64,000 bases of DNA from Octopus bimaculoides (lineage: Eukaryota): NCBI RefSeq assembly GCF_001194135.2, contig NC_068986.1, positions 95,943,700 to 96,007,699 on the forward strand, read 5' to 3'. Of the stretch, positions 22,628 through 36,792 are shown piece after piece (position 1 is the first letter of the stretch; each line of letters begins with the position of its first letter). The notes beneath the pieces were generated by a model, which saw nothing but the letters and a program-made list of their open reading frames with translations, had not been told where the DNA came from and did no database searches. A program made the position numbers and the translations under genes.

Positions 22628-25600
22628 TACATATGTATTACTAAACCCATGTATCTTAACTGCATTAACAATATGCAAATTGTGTGTCCATGTATGATGT
22701 TTTAACTTCTGCTCTTTAAATATTCTACACTAATTTCTTTTTTTTTTTCCTTAGATTGGTTCTTCTCAGAAATGTCACATTTGGACCAAAGAAAGGCACA
22801 GTAAGATCAATTCTTTTTAATTGCATTACTGATTTCACATTTTCGCATTAGGCCAGCAGTTTTGTGGGAACGGGTTCAGTTGATTACATTGACCCCAGTG
22901 TTCAATTGGTGCTTATTTTATCAATCCTGAAAGGATGAAAGGCAAAGTCAACCTTGGCAACATTTGAACTCAGAATGTAAAGATGGACAAAAATTCATTT
23001 TAATACTAGTAATATTAGTTGCATTTAGATGCAGGCATGACTTGTGATCAAGAAATCTGCTTTGAACCATATAATTCCAGGTTCAGTCTCATGATATGAC
23101 ACCTTTGGCAAATGTCTTCTGTTACAACTTTAGGCTGACCAGTACTTTGTAAGTGGAATTTAGTCAATGAAAATTATGCAAAAGCCAGTCATGTGTGTGT
23201 GTAGAAACCATGCCAAATCAGACTGGAACTTGGTGCAGCTCTCCGGCTTACCAGTTCCAGTCAAACCATCTGGCCCATGCCAGCATGGAAAGCAGACACT
23301 AAATGATGATATACACACACACACACACATATATATGTATGTATGTGTGTGTGTGTGTATGTATGTATATAAGGATCTCAGACAGGCTGACAGGGAACAA
23401 AGATTTCATGTGTAACAGTGGCAGAGGTGTTGTTGGTGAAAAGATTATTCTATAAACGAAACTCTCAATTGACCACAAGGTTTTTTAGAAATAGTTGATA
23501 ACTTCCATTTACCTAAAAAGCAATGGTGGTGGTAGTAATGATGATGACAGTGATGACATACTTATGCAATATGAAGACGAGATGAAGAATGACTACAACA
23601 AATGGCAAAATGCTGTTGTTGAAACCAATTCAGTCCATGCCGCTATGAAACAGAACATGGAACTGCTGCTGCTGATATGTGTGTCTTATCATCATTGTCA
23701 TCACTGTTTTACATCTAATTTTCTTTGTTTGTATATGTTGGACAGGTTTTCTTCAGCACAGTTTCTGTCCCCTTCATCATTTTACCCATTCACATATATT
23801 ACTTGAGTACCTAGTTTCATACAGACAGAATGACTCTTACTTTGCTCACTGTGCAGTGTTTTCTGATTGTTGTTGTAATTATGTTTTATTTTTCTCGTGT
23901 TTTCCAGAGATCAAAATCACGCGTAGAAAACTTTGGTAAGTTTTAATTTGGTACTGGTAAATTCTCTCACTTTTTATTTTACAAGGTTTGGGTAATTAAA
24001 CACTCATCTCTTATGGATTTGCTGTGTTAAGAACAATGATTATTGGAGGGATATGAAAATTCATCCCTGCAGTGACCAACAAGTATATACATACACACTC
24101 ATATATATATATACACACACACACGCACACATATAGCCATGTTGTACACTTGTAACTGGATATGCATATATGTTTCTATATTTACATCTTATAGACACCT
24201 ATATCTATGGAAAAGCATAATCCTTATGCATTTATCTAGTTGTATAGGTAATTTCATGCAGTTACATATATACATTTGTCTACACTCAAATAATATCTAT
24301 GAATATATATATTATTTGAGTGTAGACAAATACATTTATAAATAGCCACAATCCAGACCTTACCAAAAATGTCACTTTTAAAACTTCTTAATAGAAAGCT
24401 CATAACACAACACCAAATTCAGTCTGGTGTGGCCAACCGTATTAGCTACAAACATTATTCTGAAAACCTAAAATATGATAAAAACTAACCTTCTGTGCAA
24501 AGACTGTTGTGACCTGAATATGACACATTTGCTTACATGTTTACATCCACACTTGGTTGAACCACAAACAACAAAATACCACTATCAAACCAAAATAAAT
24601 CTCTTCCCCATACATTTCTATCAGCCCCACCCTGCAAGCACCTACTTTCCTCTAAGTCTCCTCTAGTCTCCGTTTCCCACACAACTACATCCTCAGTCTA
24701 CCTTCACCATACCTAATTATCATTACATTGTTTCATCTACCAAAAAGTAAGGCTGCCAAAGACTACAAAGCCAGAAAGAAACAAAATAAATCAGTCTAAT
24801 GAATGTGAGCAAGCCAAAACCTTGAAGTCACTCAGCTTTTTTTCCAAACGAATTTAATATGTATATACTCTACTAAAAAGTTCTGAGTAATCCATCAGTT
24901 TAATGTGAAATTGCTTTTATATAAAACTTAACATAAAAACAAACAGTAATATATATTTGTGGCAGAAGATGATTTCAGTGATGATAATTATTATGGTGAC
25001 TATGAGAATTGTGAGATTTTTTTTTTCTATCTCTGTTAAAGGTCCCAAGGAAGAACTGACTCTGTGCCTATGGTGTTTGAACCCTGGTGTGGTAAGTACT
25101 TTGGCTTATTATCCTCTGTAATGTATTCTTCATAAATTACCTAAATCGTGTGTGTTTGTATAGATTGCAGGTGTAGCTACTTGGTTAAGAAGTTAGCCTC
25201 ACAACCATGTGTTTTCAGATTGGATTTCACTACATGACACTTTGGTGTAGGCTTAGATTGGTCATTGCTTTGTGAGTAGAATTTGGTGAACAGAAATTGA
25301 GCAGAAGCCTGTTAAAATATATATGTATGGCCTTGCCAAAATCTGTGTTTATGCTGTGTCTCTCTATCTTCCATAACTTAGCACATGTATGTATGTATAT
25401 GTGTGTTATATATGTATATGTGTATATGTGAGTGTATGTGTTATATTTGTTTTTTATGTCCATCTTTCCATTCTAGGATGAGTTAGACAAATGTATTAGT
25501 GAAACATTGTTTTACAGCCAGAGACCAATCCTGTTGCTAACTTTTGTTTTTCAAGGAAGAGATTACATATTTCACAGAACTACAAAGATACAAACAAGCA

Positions 25601-28600
25601 GACAATTTGTTGACAGGAGAATGTGACAACAACAACACCACTTGTAGCTCACTAATTTCACTGAACATTAATATAAACAAACACATTTATGTACACACAT
25701 GTAAGTATATAAATATGTGATAAGTTCCCTTTAGTTTCCATCTACCAAATTCAGTCACAAAGCTTGCTTGGCCTAGAACTAGTAGAAGACACTTGTGTGT
25801 GTGTTTCTGCCTTTTTTTTTTGTCTTTTTTTGACTTTGTACTCTTATTGTGATGTAAACAAAGCATCTCTGTCATATAAGCGATATTGTGTGATTGCAAT
25901 CTGCTGCACTGAACTAGGGGAAAGTATCACCTTACCTGAAAACAGATGTTGGTTGGCAACAAGAAGAGCATCTGGCCAAGGAAAATCAACTTCAACAAAT
26001 CCCATTTGAACCATGCAAGCTAAGAAAATTAGATATTAAAATGATGGTGATAATGATGATGATGTTTGTGTTTAAATGCTAGCAGTGTCATACAGTTAAC
26101 TTAACTGATACTGTTTTATCAACTCTGTTAGCAACAAACCTATTTTGTATTTAGCTTCTTGATTGTTTGCATTTTTCTTTCTTTTGTGTGTGCTTTTTTT
26201 TTTTAAATCTTGTAATCTAGAAACTTCTGTATTCTACAGACATTCAGTGATTTTTCTGGCACCCGAAGTGTGATCATCACCAGTGGTACCCTCTCACCCA
26301 TGGTATCATTTCAGTCAGAACTGGAATTTCCATTCTCAGTTCGAATGGAAGCAAGGCATGTTATACCAGCTTCTCAGGTAAATAATCTTAATAAAAACCG
26401 ATTGATTGTTTGGCACTTTTTTTTTCTTGACTAAGTTATCTCATAGTAGGAGTATAGCTTCAATATTTAAGAGTAAAGCTCAAGTGCTGAATTTCATTCA
26501 CTCTCTTGTAACATAATAGGTATTGTCTTAGGTGTTAAATCTTGCCTGTTTAGGTATTTCGAGTGTTAGACCTCATACCCTATCTTGTATTAAATTAGAG
26601 TTGGGCTTAGTTATAGGAATTCACTTGCCTTCTTTAGTAAATTATTTTGTAACACATTAAAAACTTCACCTTTGCCTCTCAGGTTAATTTTTTTTTCTAT
26701 GAAGGTAAAGTTCTCATCATCATCATTTAACGTCCACTTTCCATGCTAGCATGGGTTGGACAATTTGACTGAGGACTGGTGAAATCAGATGTCTACACCA
26801 GGCTCCAATCTGATTTGGCAGAGTTTCTACAACTGGATGCCCTTCCTAACGCCAACCACTCCGAGAGTGTACTGGGTGCTTTTACGTACCACTGGCACGA
26901 AGGCCAGTCAGGCGGTACTGGCAATGGCCATGCTCAAAATGGTGTATTTTACATGCCACCTGCACAGGAGCCAGTCCAGCGGCACTGGCAACGACCTCGC
27001 TTGAATGTCCTGTCACGTGCCACCGACACAAGTGCCGGGAAGGCGACACTGGTAACGATCTAACTTAGGGAAAACATCTCACCCCTTTGGTAACATTTCT
27101 AAAATATTTCCAAGCATCTACATATTAATTCATAGTAATTCCAACTTTCTGAGAACTGCTCACTTCAGAAGTGAAATCTTTTCTCAAAATACTCATTGAT
27201 TCCTTTGACACACAGCACTCCACAAAATGTGTTCTTACTATCATACTGAACTCTACATATCAGATCTCTAACTTTCCTGGTTACTAAGCTACACATTATC
27301 ATAATACTGTACCTCACAAAACATGACCTGTCATACTTCCACACTGTACCCCACAAAACATGCCCGAGTCATTGCATTTCACATACCTTATTGTCACATT
27401 GCATCCCACAAAATGTGTCCTGATTACAATACTTCACTTAATACATCTCAGTGTCACACTTCACTCTATACAGATCTTTGATTGCCACATTGCACATCAC
27501 ATGCAACTTATTCTGACTTAAATCAATGAGGGACCTATATGTGGACAACTTATCTGCTAGAAATAGCTGAGTCTCTCTCAAATCACGCCCTATAGTCTTA
27601 AAACAGGAAACATTAGGCAGTGTAGTCTGAGGTATAATATATCTAGCATAAAAAAGGACAGCCATGGAGGTTATGTCTTTAATTTCCAATAATATGAATA
27701 ATCAGATGACCTAATGAGAGAGCCTCTATATTATTGTTCGAGTTGCCAAATCTCATTCTTCCTTCTTAAAAAAAAATAAAAATAGATACTGGAACGTCTT
27801 TGACTTTAGGTCTGTTCGATCGAAACTGACCTGGTGCTAAACAACAACAATAGTAACATCATCAGAAAAGACAGCCCCCTCTTCCGTAAATATGATGCTT
27901 TTGTTGTTTAACTTAGATCAAACCTGATTGAGCAGACTCATGATCAAAGACATTGCAACCATGACCATCATGTTATTTTAAGAAAGAGTATGTAGCACCG
28001 CGTTTTTTTTATGTTCTTTACTTATTTAAGCCAGTTATGTATTATTTGACTGCTATTTCTAGCGCTTCAAGAGATCAATATTGAGATGAAGTGAGAAAGT
28101 CCAGCCTTTGCTTCTACCTTTGTTATATAATCGATTTGTTTATTTCAGGTTTTGGTGAGGGCCATTGGATGTGGACCTTCTGGAAGGTCACTTGTGGCCA
28201 CCTACAAACATACTGAAACTTTTGCCTTCCAGGATGACCTTGGTGACATTGTTTGTGACGTCTGTATGGTACGTTCCAAAGACATTTTTTTGCTGTGGTG
28301 AATGGGTGGGTGGCAGTGACATTAACAGAAATACTGGTACTTCGGATGCCTAAAAACCTGACCACTAGGGGAGGCCATCCAGCTATGCCAAAGCTGACAT
28401 TGGAACATGGCTTGTCGGTTTCTCATCTAATCTATGCAAGCCTGGAAAAACACATAAAATGATGAGTGGTGATGCTGCTAAGGAAGACTGCAGACAAGAG
28501 AGATATCACTACCAATATGGGGGCATAATTCCGCTAAATGCAGGGTTTGAGATTTTGGCCAAGATACTTATGGGCAAATCGGCACTTGTCTATCAGGGCA

Positions 28601-31600
28601 TGGATCTGTGTGATTCTGATAGATTTCTTCTCAGCCTTGTGATACATTGTAGAGAAGGTGGGTAATAAACCTGGATTGAGTTGGGTTCTTGACCTGCAAC
28701 ATTTTAAATAAAATAATAAAAATTATTATTATTAAGGTGGTGAGCTGGCAGAATTGTTAGCACACTGAACAAAATACTACTAAGCATTTTGTCTGGCTTT
28801 ACCTCCTGCCGTAGTTGACTTTGCTTTTCATCCTTTCATTGTCAATAAAACAAGTACCAGTTATGCACTAGGGTCGATGTAATTGACTAACCCTTCCAAT
28901 CAAATTTCAGGCCTTATGCCTATTGTAGAAAGGAGTATTATTATTATAATTATTATCATTATTTTCTGAGTTCAACCCCGACTGGTACTGGGATCAGTTT
29001 AATTAACTGTCTCCTTCTACCAAATTTGAGACCTTGTGTGTATTTTAGAAATCAGTATAATAATAAAGAAATTCTGGAAGCATGTGGCTTAGTGGTTAGA
29101 GTGGTGCACTCATGATTGTAAGATTGTGGTTTCAATTTCTGGACCGGGCAATGCATTATGTTCTTGAGCAAGACATTTCATTTCACATTGCTCCATTCCA
29201 CTTAGCTGGCAAAATGAGTACTCTTGTGACAGACTGGCATCCCACAGAATTCAGGAAACCAGCCTGGAAAGATCTTTGATCTGTTTTTTTAATAAAGAAA
29301 TTATTATTGTTATCATTGCTGCTGCTGCTATTACTACTATCTTTTTTTCTTTTTTTAGAGAACACCTAATGGCGTGTTGTGTTTCTTGTCTTCCTATAGT
29401 CTGCTTGATAAACTTTGCAAAAGATGGCAGGTATGTACTTAAAAAATATGCTCCACATTCATTTTCTGTCTTGCTTCCATAAATTATGACATGTCCGACA
29501 CAGTTTCATTGATATTCCCTCCTTGTTAATATGCTGCTTAGTTCCTGGTACTCCTTTCATATGCATCTTACTCTAACCACCATTACCAAGTCCAATCCAC
29601 ACCCTCCGTTCAGCATGTCTCCTAAATAACGTCTTCACTCTATTTCCAAGACACAGCTCAACATTCCCTCATTCTGCGGCTCTCTCCATACACTTATTAT
29701 TCTTAAAGATAGCTACCTAATTACTTACTAACCTGCACACACAATCACATTTTCAATTAGCCCATTCAGCATATATTGTACATTTAATGGGGTTCATTCC
29801 AACACACTTCCTGTATATTGCACATGGTTACTTCTTGTTTTTTCCACTTCACCACATGCTTTTATCCTTTGCCGTGATCTTTGTCTCTTCTGTACATTCC
29901 TTCCACCCATTCATCTCCTCCTATCTAGCCACACACTCTGCTCTTGACAGCTATTCTCATTATAAACCTTCCTTTATGCTTTGAGCCAGTAGCTTCGTCA
30001 CAACTATAAATAGTAAAGGGCTTGATAATGACCCTTGATGTATTCTAACTTTCACTTCAAATGCATCATTATTCTATCCTTTGTGCTTATAATTGTGCAC
30101 ATTCTCTCTCATGCATTGTCATCACTAATCTAACCAGTCATTCCTCCACTCCGAGCTCTTTCATTGCTCATCTTACCACTTCACATGGAACTCTATTGAA
30201 AGCTTTCTTCAGATCAATAAACACAAGAACCAATTTATTCCTCTTGATCATGCACTCATCATCATAATGTCCACTTTTCCTTCCTTGCATGGGTTGGACA
30301 GTGCTTCAAAGTAGATTTTCTATTGTAAGATGCCTACCCAGTCACCAACCCTTACCTTTTTCTAAGCAAGATAATATTTCCCCATGACCAGACATGTTTT
30401 CACAGAATATTGGAAATAAAAGGCATTCGGTCACAACAATCATGTGATTTCAATACATGGAGACTACCGTTGGTCATGCCTCTTCCAAGAATAAATCGAG
30501 ACTGTATTTTATCAATCTTCACTTTCTTATTCTTTTCTCTAGCCCTCTTTCCAATACCTTTATACCACACTCCAATAATTTAATTGCCTCCATGCAATTC
30601 ACAATCATGGGGTTTGCTTTTTTCTTTCTACAGATTGAGAGTACTTCACTCCCATCCCATCGGAGTACAGTTTTCTTTCACTTCTAACCTACAAATCTAT
30701 CATTTCTTCATAACCTCAACTTCCTATTCCTTTAACATTTTTTCCATAATTCCTGCGAGCCCTCCTGCTTTTCTTAATGCAACTTCAACTTCTGTTTCAT
30801 TTATCTCCTTTGTCAGCCCTAGAACTGGATTACTCTCTTTGTTTCCATCCCATTCATTCTCCATATTTAAAACATCTACGACAGTGAACCACAGATAGAT
30901 CTGCTGGAAACATGTAACCAACCATAAATTGCAATATAAAATATGTACATATATGTTATATCACTACATCCTTTACAGAATCAAAAATTGTAGTATTTCT
31001 TATATTTTTATTTTTTAACCTTATTCAAGGCCATTGGATTATGGAAAAAAATTGAGGAACGGAAAGTAATTGTAATGGAACCACGAACAGGAAGGAAAGA
31101 AGATTTTACAAAAGCTTGGCAAAAATTCAAAGTTTATGCTCAAGGAGACTTCACAGGTGAATTACAGTGCCGTTGTTGTTATTGTTGTTACTGTTACTTT
31201 GTGTTATTGTTTAGTTTGAGGTCAGCCCTCATCCAGTAGACTTGTGATCAAAAGTCTTTCAGCCATGGCAGATATAGTATATCTAGATTTCAAGGAGAAT
31301 TGACTGATATTTCTAGCGAATTGAACAACCACATAGAACGTCTCTCCCCCATATGAGGGAGCTTCACCATGTACACACCCAACCTCACCAACATTACCAC
31401 ATACACATTCAATCTCACCCACCACCAGCTACTATCATTACTACCACTCACCACCACCATCATCACACCAACCTCACCACCATTACTAAAACCACACCAA
31501 CTTCACCACTACATCAACCTCACTGTCACCACATAATCTCAAGACCAATACTTTCATCACAATTATGACTAACATCACCACCACAACATTACCACTACTA

Positions 31601-34600
31601 ACACCACCACCACCACAACATTACCACTACTAACACCACCACCACCACCACCACAACATTACCACTACTAACACCACCACCAACACCACCACAACATTAC
31701 CACTACTAACACCACCACCACCACCACCATCAACATTTACTACTGATCCTTAGTAAGCTCAACACCATCATGTCACCCTTCTTCTTTCAGATTCCATGGA
31801 GGAAAAAGAAGATATCACACAAGATGGTGCCTTATTCTTAGCAGTGTGTCGGGGTAAAATCAGTGAGGGGATAGATTTTTCAGACAACAGTGCAAGGGCT
31901 GTCATAACGGTATTATCAATCAACTTCTCTTTCTCTCTCTTATTATTCTATACACACACGGTGCAACAGTAGCAATGCCCTTTTTTATTTAGAAATTTTT
32001 ATAAAACAAAATAAGAGATGTAGGTTCAATTTCCATGCATACTAATGTCCATTTTTTCTTCAGTTATAGGGCTTTATATGCCATAATATTAGACTATTTT
32101 CTATAGTAAATATACAATGAAGGCTTATAATTATATTTACAAAATTTCAATTGCCACCATTTCCTAATTCACACACAATTTGCATACACACACACACACA
32201 CATCTCCAAGTATATTATGTCATTTCTTTTTTCTCCAGGTTGGAATCCCTTACCCTAATGTGAAGGATATTCAGGTACGTTGAAACTTTCGGCCTTGGTT
32301 TAAGATACCAATCTTACTTCATCTTTTTCTCCTCTCTACCTATTTACCTATGTATCAGCTTCTCTCTTTCCCGCATATTGACTATGGCAATGGCCATATC
32401 CTGATGGTAGTTGAATTTTGTTTTCTCTCCTGATAACTGAAACTTTTGTCTCAGCTAGATTTATCTTGCAGCCTCTTGATTGTAGGCTTCCACATTAAGA
32501 ATTATTTAACAGATTCAGCTATGAGAATTAGTCCATTGGCATACAAATGTGTCCACTCTATTATTCTTAGGTTATTTCAAGAAACTAGGAAGACATTCCA
32601 TGTTCCAACATGATAATGACTCTAAACACACATCAAAGATGACGACTAAGTTTTTATCATGTCACCTGATTTAAACCTAATAGAACATCTGTGGGGTATT
32701 TTGAAAAGGAAGATTGTGGAGAAAAAACCCTGCAATGTAACACAGTTGAAAGATATTCAGACCTTTGGCGATATGCTGTGCTTGAGAAGATCCATCAAGC
32801 CAAGTAGACTAGGTGATTGTTACATTACTTAAATATAGGTGAGAGTGGCAACAGGAAGGGCATCCAGCCATTAAAAAAAAATCTGCCTCAACGAATTCTG
32901 TCTGATCTATGCAAGTATGGACAACTGGACATTAAAACAATAGTGATGAGGATGAAAATTTTCTTACATGTGAGGAATCTGGCTGAGGTTTCCCCTCTAT
33001 CCTATCTCTTGTATGTAGCACACATCTACTCGTCTTTACTATAGGATCTCTTCAGATTTATTTTACATCATGCAGCTCTGAAGTATTGTACATGACAAGA
33101 AGTGGGGTGTTTCCAGTGATAGATGAGTTGTTTGATGTTTGTTTTCTGTTACTGAAAGGAAGAGAGCTGATGAAACATAATTACTTCAAGTGTTCCTTCT
33201 ACATATATTCAGGTTTCATTAAAGAAGGAGTATAATGAACTACACAAAAGGACCAAAAACTTACTTCCAGGAAATGATTGGCTAGAAATCCAGGCTTTCC
33301 GTGCCCTAAACCAAGCCCTTGGCAGATGTATTCGACATAAGTAAGATTTTAAGACATCTTTCATTTAGAAATTTTAATATTTCACAGTATATGTCTGGCT
33401 GAAGATGTAGGTTCACGTTAGTCATATGACCATTTAACACTAATATGAACCCATATTCAGACTTTTTTGAACACTTTGCAATCAGAAGTAAGTAGTACAT
33501 CTGGCAATGACTGGAGTTGTGGCTTAGCTTTAGGTCTGCTGGATTAGGCCAGCTATGATTTAGCAGATCTGTTATCAAAGGTCTCCTACCTATGACCATC
33601 TTGTCTTTATATCAAACATAGTGTATCTTGATTTATATTACTTAATATGTCCTCCCTTTTCTAAGGTGGTAGGGTGTGATTTGAAGAAAATTTAATTGGT
33701 ATTTCTAGCAGTCTGAGTGAGCACCTAGTTATTCCCTCATTATTTCTATAAACTTGAGTTGTATCCAGAGTGAGATTTTCTATTCATTTTATCGGATAAA
33801 ACTGAGACTGAGCTCTGTCTCTTGTGAGAAACAGCAACCCTAATAATAGAAATTCTATAATTACAGAGATATGTAGTGTATTTGTCATCATAGCCAATGT
33901 TGGACATCAAAAGACAATACTTGACTTGTGTTTCATAAATTTAAAGATGTGAGAGATAAATCTCCTACTTATAGGGAACTGCTCTATCTGAAGTAACATT
34001 TCTAAAAGAATTTAGTAAGAAAGGGACCAAAATTTCCTGAGATTAAGTGGAATGAGGGATCTCATACCGTGAACTAGTTCCATGAGATGAAGGAATAAAG
34101 CATAAATCTCTTCATGGATATAACACGAGTCAATGCAACCAACAATAGCAAATAATTTGATGCTTATTCCTCACAGATGGGTGAATGGATTCATAGATAT
34201 TCTGGTTTTATCAAGAAATCTTTGATAAGTCATAAAGTATTAAGTTCATGTCTGCTGTTGTTGTTTCATTGTATATTTGCAGGTAGATTATTTATTCTAC
34301 ATTACCTAAATTCACCTAGCTATATAGACTGGATACATCAGTCTATATGTCTTTAGACTGTCTAGTATTGTTGGTTACACCACCTGGTATTATAGTCAAG
34401 AGCAGAGATTTATCTCTTGTCCACTTCATTGCATAAAACCGACTTTCTCAGTCACCAGATTAGCTAGAAATTTGATTTTAGGTAGAACAGTGCTTCATAG
34501 AGAAAGAGATTTATCTTTCATCCCTTCATCCCATAATACTTAGGTCTCTCAGTTATGAAATCATTTAGAAATGTTAATTCAGAAAGAGTAGTGTTCTATA

Positions 34601-35164
34601 CAACAAGAGAGATTTCACTCTGATCCCCTTAAATCTATGAAAGAAGAGCCAAAGTCTCTGCCAACTTGTGCCTGCTATAATGATGGATACACCACATATC
34701 CCATTAATTATAGCATTTGCATAGCGTTGTTCTCTCATTCTCTTTTTCAGATCTAATAATACCTGGGGTTGTTGCTCTTTACAGAGAAGCTGCAGCTGTT
34801 GATATTTACACCCTCATCCAGCCATAAAATATAAGCAGCACTAAGAAGATCCATTTGGGTTTTTCAATTGTAATCTCTTACTTGAAGAAAACTGGGAGAC
34901 ACCTCAGTATTAATTAATGAATTAATTAAACCAACCCCAGTGTTTGATTAGTGCTTCATTTTATTGAATTCAGAAAAATAAAAGGCAAACTTGACTTGGT
35001 GGGAATTGAACTCAGAACATACGGAGCCAGAACTAGACAGTTTTTCCATGCTCTAACAATACTGTCAATTCAATGCCTTAACCATTATCTCTTATAATAG
35101 AATATCATTTGAGCGAAACCAAATGGAAATGTTGCCATCTTATAGTAGGTTTCTTGCTGAATAT

Positions 35165-35200
<36 letters not shown>

Positions 35201-35522
35201 GATTGACCGTTGACTGGACACTATTCAATTTTTTTTCTCCGTGTTTTTCTCCTTNNNNNNNNNNNNNNNNNNNNNNNNNNNNNNNNNNNNNNNNNNNNNN
35301 NNNNNNNNNNNNNNNNNNNNNNNNNNNNNNNNNNNNNNNNNNNNNNNNNNNNNNNNNNNNNNNNNNNNNNNNNNNNNNNNNNNNNNNNNNNNNNNNNNNN
35401 NNNNNNNNNNNNNNNNNNNNNNNNNNNNNNNNNNNNNNNNNNNNNNNNNNNNNNNNNNNNNNNNNNNNNNNNNNNNNNNNNNNNNNNNNNNNNNNNNNNN
35501 NNNNNNNNNNNNNNNNNNNNNN

Positions 35523-35553
<31 letters not shown>

Positions 35554-36759
35554 AGGTATAATGGACTGTGAGGTTAGTGTTGAATGATTGACTATGATCC
35601 TGCAATCTAATTTTAATATCACATGAATTTCTCACTGTTTCTATCTGCAGAAATGACTGGGGTGCCCTGCTCTTGGTTGATTCTCGTTTCCTACAAGGCA
35701 ACAGATACCATAAAGGTGAGTACGTGTGTGCTCTGTTATTGTTATTGAGGTTAAGGTTGTTGCTGCCATAGTTGTTAAAACTGTAGTTGCTAATGGCACT
35801 GTGTTGTACTATTGTGATCTTAAAGAGTTTGTAAACACAAGGAATAGATTATGCACAAATATGTGCGTGTATATGTGTCTATTTATGCACACACCACATA
35901 AAGATTATATATATTTATACATATTTACAAATACATTGTAAAAGTGCCTCTGCCGGTGCCATGTAAAAAGCATCCAGCATACTCTGTGAAGTGGTTGGCA
36001 TCAGGAAGGGCATCCAGCTTGTAGAAACCATGCCAAAATAGATAGTCAGCACCTGGGCAGCTCCCCAGCTAGCCACCTCTTGTAAAACTGTCTGCATGGA
36101 AAACAGATGTTAAATGATGATGATCATCATCATCATCAGCAGCAGCAGTATCACCTTACAAACAATGAACTGTTCAGTAGTTGTATAGTTATAAACAATG
36201 ACAAATATCAAAAGAATGGGCATGCACACACACACACACACACACACATTGATGGGCATCTATACAATTTCTATCTATCAATTCCACTCACAAGACATTG
36301 GCCAGTTTGATGCAGTAGTAGAAGATGCTTGCCTATGATGATACCAAAACAGCAGGAACTTGCTTGTGTCTATACATCATCATCATTTGCCTTCCATACT
36401 AACATATGTTTGGTGGTTTTGACAGGACCTGATGAGTCAAGGGACTGCATCATGCTTCAATGTCTTCTTTGGCTTCATGCCCTTCCTGGTGCCAGCCACT
36501 TTTCAGAGTATACTGGATACTCATTACTCATCATCATCATCATCATCATAATAATATCCACTTTTCTGTGCTTGCATGGGTCTGGCAGAATTCTTTAACG
36601 AAAGTATTTTATGGGTGGATGCCCTTCCCCGTCACTGGCCCATGGTGAGGCTTATTTGTCATGGTAGACCTGAATCAAATAAGCATCACATTTATGATGG
36701 TGACATTTACTTACAACCATCACATGATGGTTCAAGAGGGTGGAGGGATGATATATGCA

Positions 36760-36792
<33 letters not shown>

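Noticed and set aside
23495-23806. Acidic ORF as an extra FANCJ exon
   Set aside because: Built on GAT/GGT repeats, no good acceptor/donor pair, and exons 22755-22800 and 23908 already join in phase.
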